A stretch of 64,000 nt of DNA from Batkoa obscura. Its lineage: Eukaryota. The notes under the pieces were generated by a model. It was not told where the DNA came from, searched no databases, and saw only the letters and a list, made by a program, of their open reading frames with translations. Positions 13,584-22,905 of this stretch are shown here, in pieces. The DNA lies in the NCBI GenBank assembly GCA_030770535.1, contig JASVEC010000002.1, positions 558,001 to 622,000 on the forward strand, read 5' to 3'. The translations under genes and the position numbers were made by a program. How positions within the stretch are numbered: the stretch's first letter is position 1; each line of letters begins with the position of its first letter.

Positions 13584-15301
13584 TTTTAAAACAAGAAAAA
13601 AAAATGAAATGAAAATAAGCTTGAGATGGAAAATTCAAACAATTTTATAAGAAGGGTAGGGCTTATGAGATTTGCCTTAATTTAGTAACTCGATAAGCAA
13701 TCTTTTTTAGTGACTAGCTTTTTTGTTGACTTGACACTAAGCTTAAGTTAGAGTAACAAATCAAATTGAAATTATGGGTTTGTTTAGATCATGAGTGGTT
13801 ACGTCACAATTCACGATAACTAAGGGGTCGGTTTAAATATTAAGTGTCCGATTGTTTGGATTGGATGAGAAATTATTAAAACATCACTAGAAAAGTCGAA
13901 GTTAATATTTAATTTAGAAGCTTAACAATTTAGATAATGTAATATCAATGTTAAAACATAAGTGGGTTGATTTATATTAATTTGTATAAGCAATAAATTA
14001 TAAAATGTTAGATAATAATAATGATAACAAAGAATAGCTATTAATATCCAGCAATGTTCATAATTAGAATACAAAGTAATAAACATTAATTAAAGCAATG
14101 TCAAAAACACAAAGATTATTGATTATATTCTTATTTCACGGGTTTATTTATACGGATAAATCTAAGAAAATTTGTAATAAAAATTTACAGCTTGATCTAG
14201 GTTTAATTACAAAATTTATTTAAAAATAAATTTTTTGTTTTACTATTTTGTTCATTTGTTATGTAACGTAAAGTTTGAAAAAAGTCACCAATAAAATGTT
14301 AAATCAAAAACTTAATTTTACCTAAAATTAAAATACAATTAGCCTTTACAATTAATGCTTGATTCATAGGAGGCTACTTAACTTTCCTGCGACCTAATTA
14401 ACTGTTCATTTAAGGATAAAATTTTGCTAAAAGCAAGTAAAACAAAAGATTAAGCATAAATTTTTTTGATAAGCGAATATTTAGCCCTAAAAATATCGCA
14501 AATTAAGTTATAATAGAGCTGCGTCAGTTATGTATTTTGTAAAAGATCAAAACTTTAGATTTGGATTAATCCATATTAATATTACACGAAATCTAGAGTC
14601 AAGTGTTATGCATTTATAAAGGTCCGGGTAGAGTCATAAAAAGAAATAAAAATTTATAATTTTCATAATGAAACTAGTAAAATAAAGTACACCTTAATTT
14701 GAAATTAAGGGCTGGAATTGAGATAGTGCCTCCTACCTGCCTCATTTTCTTTGGATTTTGGTTTAGCTTTTATGGAGTGATTAGAAATTATGTTTAAAAC
14801 GCTTCTGTAGATATTGTCTATCAGGAAGCAGGGTGTAGAACTGTATTCTTTATTAGAACTATTCGTTAGTTCATACAATGGGAAACAGTACTATTGAAGT
14901 TAGCTATAATTTGTTTTTTTGCATATAAAGATATAAAAAAAGTATTAACTATTATTTTATGGTTCTTTAATTGTTTTGGGGATTTAAAAAAGACTAAAAT
15001 AAACTAATCAAGGTTTAGTGAGTTTATAAATAGTTTATAAATTTAGTTGTCATTTTTATACCTCAATCTATAGAGGGTATATAGTTTTACACGCTATACA
15101 ATTTTAATACCTCAATTCTAATATTTAAATCCTGTTTAATATACTTTTTGTTATCTGATTTAAAATCTAAGGCGTAATTTATAATCACAAAAATAATACG
15201 GGAATGAAATAATTAGCATAAAATATTAGTGATAAAGGTAACTAAAAGCTGTGTAATATAATCTCGAAAATAAAAACATCTCAAAATTTATTTAACAAAT
15301 A

Positions 15302-16076
15302 TTATAAAGGATTCAATCCTTTTCTTAACATAGCTAAAGTTTGCTTAACATTCACAAAATAATCAATTTTTTGCTGGCGTGAAAACCTAGCAGATCTCCC
15401 AGAAGTAGAAGGAGTAACAAAAAGATACGTTTTTGTATAATCTGATAGATCTATTGATTTAGTAAACTTGTCTTCTAGGTTATCAAAATCATGAGTGATA
15501 GGTTCAAGTTGCAACCCAAGTTCAAACTTTTTCTTACCAGAAAAACATTCAAAAATTTGTTTCCCAAGGAAGCAAGCTATCTTTGGGCGATATTTTGAAA
15601 TCTTTTGTTTCAAAACAGGTACCCCTAGCATAATTTCTTTTCTGCTCAGGTCACTAATACTTCTCGATGGCCTTTCGACTAGGTTAGTAAACCCATAGTT
15701 ATATTCTTTTAGTAGTTTTACATCATCTTCAAATGTTAACTTTTCATTAACGAGTCCTATTTGTTTTTATAGAATTAAAAGCAGTGCTTAAATCACTTTT
15801 ACCTGACTCACAAAGAGCGGGCCAAAAGGCATTTGTTGGACCTGCAAAATGATGGTTTTTCAAGGAGCTTTGGAGCCCCGGGTTAATACCAATAAATAAT
15901 ATATCTAACCCAAACTTAAGACTATCTGTAAGTGGTTGATAAATTATATCTGAGTAATTTGTTGATTTAAACGTTTTGACTGGTTTTTCATTTAATAACT
16001 CATCCTTAGATTTAAATTTATTTATATGTCGTTTAAAACTCTCCAACTCTTTTTCTGAGTTTTGATTTTCGCTCAT
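15302..16076 (-). CDS. G/T(U) mismatch DNA glycosylase, TDG/MUG family (intron 15757-15802)
   Basis: GINPG..HHFAGPTNAFW, GFTNLVERP and PSTSG motifs; a 46-nt GT-AG intron joins the two ORFs in frame. Confidence 0.92.
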
Positions 16077-16358
16077 TAATTTAATAAAGTGGATAAGTAA
16101 AAGTTGTTCAAAAAACTGAATTGTTCGCTTAGAATTGATTTCATGGGATACTAAACATAAACTTTTTTCAAAAAATTTATTTGCAAACTTTCATTTAAGC
16201 CAATCAATTAAGCAATTTTAAAATATAACTATTTTAAATTCCCCTGTTAAAAATTTTTTAGATTTCAGCAAATAAGATCCTCGCCTCTTTATTTCGATAT
16301 TGCATTTCAACTACCCATTTCCTTCTTTTGAATTCGGAAGTCGATTTTATACACTAAG

Positions 16359-17146
16359 ATGAGCACTTTTGAAAAGGTAGGTTGCCTCTAAAATTTAATA
16401 CTTTAAGATAGCCAATCTAGTACACTATCTATACTTTGTTACAATGCCATCATTTATTTATTTACAATAGCAACAGTTATTCAAGTATCATATTATTTTA
16501 GGTTGTAGTTATTGACGGTAAGGGTCATCTCCTTGGTCGTTTAGCCTCCATTGTTTCCAAACAAATTCTTTCTGGACAAAAAGTTGTTGTTGTCCGTTGT
16601 GAAGAAATTAACGTTAGTGGTTCCCACTTCCGTAACAAGAGTAACTTTAAATTATATTATTAAAAAGCTTTTTTATTCATACTCCAATCTATAGTTAAGT
16701 ACAGCCACTACTTAAACAAACGTTGTCTCGTTAACCCAAAACGTGGTCCATTCCATTTCCGTGCTCCTTCCCGTATGCTTTACCGTGTCATCCGTGGTAT
16801 GGTCCCACACAAGACCGCCCGTGGTGCTCAATCTTTAGATCGCCTTAAGTTATTTGATGGAGTACCAGCTCCTTATGACAAGATGAAGCGTGTAGTTGCC
16901 CCAGCTGCTTTACGTGTACTCCGTCTTAAACCAGGACGTAAATTCACTGTCCTTAAGCGTATCGCTAGTGAAGTTGGATGGAAATACGAAGGTGTTATTG
17001 CTAAACTTGAAGAAAAGAGAAAGGTTAAATCTCAAGCCTTCTACGAACAAAAGAAAGCTCTTACTACTCTTCAAAACAAGGCTGTTGCCCAAAAGAACGA
17101 ACAAGTTGAAGATCTTTCTGCTCAACTTAAAGCTTTCGGTTATTAA
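16359..17146 (+). CDS. RPL16: 60S ribosomal protein L16/uL13 (exons 16359-16376, 16502-16640, 16695-17146)
   Basis: [16 protein letters not shown]...[11 protein letters not shown]...[11 protein letters not shown]; strong codon bias. Confidence 0.97.
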
Positions 17147-17725
17147 GTTGGAAGCTGTTAATTATATTAACTGTGAACAATAAAAATTAAAATGGTAATT
17201 TAATTTTATATAATAAAAATTAACAATTAAGTTAGATGCTATTGTTGTATGAGTAATTGGATATTGTAGTTTTTATTTTAGTATCGGGTTTATTATTTGT
17301 TTATTTGGAGTGTCAATTCATTTAGGAACAGAGATGATTTTAGCAAAGTGATTATTATCAATGTGAACAAGAGTACTTTAGGTTATTAGTAGTATCGTTT
17401 AATTTTAACATAGCATAGCTTTAACTCTATTAGAGATTTAATACTGAGTTAACTGAATAATATAATAAGTTTTCACCTTTTTGATTAGAACTACTAATAA
17501 TATAAACGAACTTGATATTTTTCTGATTGTTAATAGGCTATATGTATTCAATTAACATTGTCATGAGTAGTATTTGATTTTTTTTAAAAGTATTAAATAA
17601 ATAGTTAAAATAGTTTATTCATATTTTATCTCTGTTTTATTATTTACTATTGTAAAATAAAATTAGTAGAAAGTCATAAAAATTATTACATATTTTTTAA
17701 AATTAAAATATAGATTTAAGCTTAG

Positions 17726-18175
17726 AAGTATAAAAGATAAATTGTATGCTACTTGAAAATTCTACACAAATACTAAGTGAAAGCAAAAAGCTTGAAGGAT
17801 GGAGAGGTTAAATATGCGTGGTAGTCTTTTATATGGCTCTATTGTATTTGTTATGAGTAAAGCATGTAAGGTTTTATATAATCAAGTTACCTATCTCAGA
17901 GATATAACCAAAGGGAATAATTAGTACTAATAAAAAAATTGTATTGTTTCAGCTCCTCAAGAAATGATGCTCAAAACATCCTTTTAAAGTTTTGATTATA
18001 TCTTGGAGCTAAATTTTTCGATTAATATAAATCCTTGTGTATATTACAAGCGTACCACATGCAACAGGATCTTAGAAAAAAACTCATACCCATCCCCTCT
18101 AACTCCTCTATTCTTCAAACTATTTGATATCCTCTCATAGTAATGATTTTCTAATGATAAATTAATTTTATACTT
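17726..18175. repeat. Long imperfect palindrome / fold-back (~450 bp)
   Basis: Nested complementary blocks, e.g. TTGAAGGATGGAGAGGTTA vs TAACTCCTCTATTCTTCAA, AAGGTTTTATATAATC vs GATTAATATAAATCCTT, CTCAGAGATATAACCAAA vs TTTGATTATATCTTGGAG. Confidence 0.65.
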
Positions 18176-18675
18176 AGCAATCAATTATTTCTTAATTTAA
18201 TTTTATATTCAAAAGAAAACAATTAATTGTAATACAATAAATTGCCCTTACATTTAAAATTTTGCAAAAGCATTGTTTTGGTAATATATTAATATCCTTA
18301 AAAAGCTCTGCAAAATGGCCTTTTTGGTATCATAGTTTATAATGGTTTTCCCAATGTTTTAATAATCTTTTTTATATTTATTACAAGAAAAATTACATGG
18401 GCTAAAACAAGTTATAAATACATGTAGTAACTTACATACTTTATTATAAATATGCACATAAATCTGACATTTTCGCTAAAACTAAAATTTAAATATATGG
18501 GTGTATCCCTTATTCGCCTAGCAAAGAATAGTTAGTATTATATTATATTTATTTCAGGATAGTTAAATATCATAGTTAATATAGTTATTAAGCTAGTACT
18601 CATTTTTGCTGGCTCTTAATATTGGATATTTAACTTAATAGATTATATTGATATGATAGGAATTATAAAGAATAT

Positions 18676-19945
18676 GGGGTTGTCTGAATTAGTTTCATTA
18701 TTTTATCCAATTTTAAAAAAATTTGTATTTTAAAAACTTCGCTTAAAATTCTATAAAATCACATCTTTTATTAAAACAAAAGTACCCAAACACAGTTCTA
18801 AACCATTATATTATAGCTCATACTGTAAGTTAGTTGAATTTCTACTAGATCTTAAATACATGTTCTTATAAAGCTTAATTGAGAAATATTTATTATCAAC
18901 TGCTTTATAACCAACATCGTAGATTTATTATCAAATAAATAAACTACTTTAATGTTATAATTACATTATTAATATATTGCCAAGTTAATAAATAGCTGCA
19001 TGGGAGGGAGTGGTCAGCCCCAAAACTATAATTGACCATCCCTATATAGTACAAGTAATAATAGTTTTTACATATTATTACAGTTACTTGTTCTTTGACT
19101 ATTTATTAACTTAGCTATTAATAACTTAAGTAATGTTAACATTTAACAATCTATTTCTATCATTCAAAAAACTACTTACTTGCTTAGTAAATATCGAAAT
19201 TTTTAAATTCTCTGTTATCTTCGTAAGGTAAGCTGGGATCGATCTTTTAATTTTTCTATTTTCTATAGACTCTATAACTTTAATTAGAATTATATCGCTT
19301 TTTTTGATGTATCACATACTGGATAACAATGTAGTTTATTGTTATGTTTAATAAAGTGTAGATACTTCTTAATGCCCTGCATCTCTATTATTCTTTTTGT
19401 ATTTTTGTTTCTTTTATACTTTTTAAAAATTATATCTGTTTTCCCATTATTAACAGTCGAGTTATTAATTTTATTATGCTCGCAAATAAAAGCCTCAAAT
19501 CTTGAAATTAATTGATCGATATCTTCTATTTTACCTAACGCTTCAAAACTACTTTTCCATTTTGAAAGGTTTCCAAAATGTCCATCAACTATACTTTTTC
19601 CATGATGCTCAGCAAAAAAATTAAGATTAACATTCAGACTACTATTTATTTTATGAATTTCTTTAAACATATAGTGTAGAAACTCTTGGGATCTAAAATG
19701 ATTTCCTGTATCTGCCCATATATTAATTTTTGTAAACTTTTTAAATAGAAGCTCTGTAGAGATCAAATTGATTAAACAATCTACTGCATATGCTGAATCA
19801 TGATTCAATATTTCAGATAAATAATCAAAGTAAACTTTGCCTATTGTTTTATTGTCTTTTAAATATAATACACCAAAACATCAAAACCTAATACTGATAT
19901 AGCTTGTTTATTATAATGATCTAAATTTATTGAATCTAATCTTGT
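18676..19945 (-). mobile_element. Truncated inverted copy of the Sola2-type transposon (right end plus 3' part of transposase)
   Basis: Reverse complement of ~23243-24511; identical 172-aa ORF (19290-19808); starts with GGGGTTGTC TIR; cut off by LTR-like repeat. Confidence 0.88.
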
Positions 19946-20406
19946 TATGAAACTTGATACTCAGTTATTGGAGTCAAAAGCAGCTATTTCCTGGTTAACC
20001 ACACTGTAAGCCGAAATGCCTTAATTTGTGTGACTAAGATAGACTTGATTTATGAAAAATACTACATAATAGGCTATGAACTATGTAAGGCAAATAGAAT
20101 AGACGATACTAATGTAAAATCTACATAAAATACTATTAAATAAATTTGGTGGCTTTATTAAATGTACGAGATATCAGGGAATAATTTAGTTAAAGCCTCG
20201 ATCTGCTATACTCTAGAACCTCTTTCATACTCTAACAAGTATGGATATCAAAATGGGAAGATAATATTCTTTGGGATGGAGCTAGAAATTCTCACAGTAA
20301 ATCAAACTAAGAGCAGGGAATCGGTTGTCTCTGAACTCGAGAACACAACAACTTAATGATTATTATACTATAATCAATTATGGAGCTGACAAAGTGATAT
20401 TTCACA
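19946..20406 (+). mobile_element. Solo-LTR-like repeat, copy B (461 bp)
   Basis: TATGAAAC...ATTTCACA; near-identical to the reverse copy at 31554-32014. Confidence 0.7.
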
Positions 20407-20410
20407 AATT

Positions 20411-20506
20411 GAGGATTTTTTTTGGCTTCATTACTTTTTTTATCTTTTAAGCGCTATTTGAGTGGAAAAAATGTTAGTAAAACTGTTGAATATAAAAATA
20501 GATCCC
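20411..20506 (-). mobile_element. MITE copy 6
   Basis: Family sequence, AATT/AATT flanks. Confidence 0.8.
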
Positions 20507-20632
20507 AATTGCTAGTAATAAGAAAAAAAACATAATTTCTAAAAAATACAAAAACAGAGATACAAAGAAATAGCAAAGAAACGAGATACTAAAAACTATT
20601 TGTATTTTATTAAACATGATGATAAAGTATAT

Positions 20633-20728
20633 GGGGATGTATTTTTTGTTTAAGAATTTCACTAACAATCTTTCCATTCAATAGCGCTTAAAAAATAGAA
20701 AAGTAATGAAATCAAAAAAAACATCACC
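20633..20728 (+). mobile_element. MITE copy 7
   Basis: Family sequence, ATAT/ATAT flanks. Confidence 0.85.
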
Positions 20729-20779
20729 ATATTATTATTCAACTCTAATGAATCAAAAAAAGTGATACAACTTTGATTA

Positions 20780-21009
20780 AAGTTTTGATATTTACTAAGC
20801 AAGTAAATGATTTATTAAATGATAAAAAATCAATTATTAGATATTAATATTATCTAAATTACTAATAGCTAAGCTAATAAATAATCAAAAAGTGAGTAGC
20901 TGCAATAATAGGTAAAGGCTATCCTTATATTGCTTGTATTATATATAGCCAATCATAGTTCTAGGTCCAACTATCCTCTCTTATGCAACTATTTATTAAT
21001 TTGGTAATA
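20780..21009 (+). repeat. Old diverged copy of the Sola2 3' non-coding segment
   Basis: GATATTTACTAAGCAAGTAA...TAATAGCTAAG...ATGCAACTATTTATTAA colinear with ~23985-24210. Confidence 0.65.
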
Positions 21010-21230
21010 CATGGGAGTGTTTTTTTTGCCTCATCATTTTTTCTATTATTGTTGTTATAACAGCCAACTAAATAATATAAAAAACACATTTATACAAACT
21101 ATTCAATTGCTGTTATTATTATAATAGTACTAATAATAGTCAATAAAAATTTAGTATTGAGAATAAAAATTCACTTATTTAATTTCAAAACATTAAATAT
21201 TAAATTTTGATATTAGTAATATTTTATGTC

Positions 21231-21295
21231 AGCTAGTACAAATGGTAGCGCTTCAAACCAAATTGGACGCTCTGGGTTCGATTCCCAGTACAGCT
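21231..21295 (+). promoter_or_regulatory. Degenerate tRNA-like leader with Pol III A box and B box
   Basis: A box TAGTACAAATGG (21234-21245), B box GGTTCGATTCC (21275-21285) in a perfect T-arm CTGGG/CCCAG; no canonical acceptor stem. Confidence 0.75.
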
Positions 21296-21301
21296 TAAAG
21301 A

Positions 21302-21398
21302 GATTATGATGAAAAATTTTGGATGTAAAACGCGTCTTAATCCTCTTTCACGAGAGGCAATCATGCAGATACTTCCAGTATGCCTTCCTTCTGATGCA
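21302..21398 (+). ncRNA. Box C/D snoRNA, snR52-like (guide for the 18S site equivalent to yeast Am420)
   Basis: Box C ATGATGA 21306-21312, box D CTGA 21391-21394 preceded by TGCCTTCCTT, antisense to conserved SSU rRNA AAGGAAGGCA; internal hairpin CCTCT/AGAGG. Confidence 0.8.
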
Positions 21399-21402
21399 AC
21401 TC

Positions 21403-21409
21403 TTTTTTT
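21403..21409 (+). terminator. Pol III oligo-T terminator
   Basis: T7 run 8 nt after box D. Confidence 0.6.
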
Positions 21410-22310
21410 AATCATGGCTTTTTATATGATTGTATTCACTAAGTTGTATAAACTTAGTTGGTTTAATATAAATTAATATCAAGCAGCAAATAATGTATTG
21501 GGGCTGTCCTAATTGGTTTCAGAATTTAGAAATTAATCCAAATTTTAGAATTTTAAATTTATGTCTAATATGATGGTTAAATCTAAAAAGCCTAAAGTTA
21601 AATCTCTCCATTTAAAACTTATTTAAATTGTTTCCTTTTCTTAAATAGCTAATTTTCCTAACTATGTATTTTATGTTAGTTCTGTTAGATATTTAATAGA
21701 TATATAATATATAACTATATGATTATATAATTATATAAATACAGTTATTTGACTTTATTTTTTGTTGAAATAAAAATAAAATGCAAACTTTCATAATTAA
21801 ACTTCGAAATGGAATTTTTGAAAATTTAAATACAATAGGGAGGAGTACACAATATAAACATTGTAATTCGTTTACATCAATTTTGAAAGCTACTTATAAC
21901 AACCCAAGGTTTATGGAATTTTATAATAAAACAAAACAAAGAAAAGATATATTATCAAAGTTTGCTATCGATAATGATAAACTTAATCAACCAATGTATA
22001 AAATTAGTGCTTTGAGGGAAACAGGAAATAAAAATCAACAAGTAGCATTATTATCAACTATAGCTTCAGTATATTCTTTTGATGAATGTAAGAGTTTTGG
22101 GTTTAATATAAATAGAAATCAATATGATTATTCAAAAACAAGTAATAATAATAAAATATCAACATTAAAACCTATTATTAAAAATACAAAAAAAATTAAA
22201 GATGACCAAATTGAAACTATCATACAATATTTACTAAATGATTCAACTATTTCATCAAGATTTAATAATAAAAATAATGATAGTAAATATTCATCAGATA
22301 ATATATATAT

Positions 22311-22408
22311 GGGGATATATTTTTGTGTTTAAGAATTTTACTAACAACTTTTCCGCTTAAATAGCGCTTAAAAATGGAAAAAATAATGAAGTCAAAAAAA
22401 ACACTCCC
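22311..22408 (+). mobile_element. MITE copy 8, inserted in the transposase ORF
   Basis: GGGGATAT...ACACTCCC, ATAT/ATAT; terminates ORF 21781-22332. Confidence 0.9.
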
Positions 22409-22442
22409 ATATATTAAATAAAAGTAGAAGAATGATATATAG

Positions 22443-22905
22443 TGTGAAATCTGGTACTCAGGGTTTGGAGTCAAGAACAGCTATTGCTGGGTTGACTACA
22501 CTATAAGTCGAAAGGTCTTAGTTTATGTGGCCAAGATAGACTTGGACTATGAGGAATAGCACGTAATAGGTTACAAGCTATATAAGACAAATAGAATAGA
22601 CAATACTAATGTAAAATCTATGTAAAATACTATTAAGAAAACTTAGTGGCTTTATTAAATGTTCGAGATATCAAAGAATAACTCAGTTAAAAAGCCTCGA
22701 ACTACTATACTCTGTAAACTCTTTTATACTCTAACAAGTACGGATATCAAAATGGGAAGATAATATTCTTTGGGATGGAGCTAGAAATTCTCATAGCAAA
22801 TCAAAATAAGAATGTGGAACTGATTTTCTCTGAACTCGAGAACACAACAACTTAATGATTATTATACTATAATCAATTATGGAGCTGACAAAGCGATATT
22901 TCACA
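22443..22905 (+). mobile_element. Solo-LTR-like repeat, copy A (463 bp), inserted in the transposase
   Basis: TGTGAAAT...ATTTCACA termini, flanks ATAG/ATAA. Confidence 0.75.

Noticed and set aside
16377..16501. Possible intronic snoRNA in RPL16 intron 1
   Set aside because: No C/D or H/ACA boxes found
20162..20356. 64-aa ORF repeated at 31604-31798
   Set aside because: Lies within the LTR-like repeat and is not intact in copies A and D
21225..21300. Possible functional tRNA gene
   Set aside because: No 7-bp acceptor stem and an abnormal D/anticodon region; treated as a tRNA-like leader
21233..21415. 60-aa - strand ORF
   Set aside because: Antisense to the leader-snoRNA unit; no protein features
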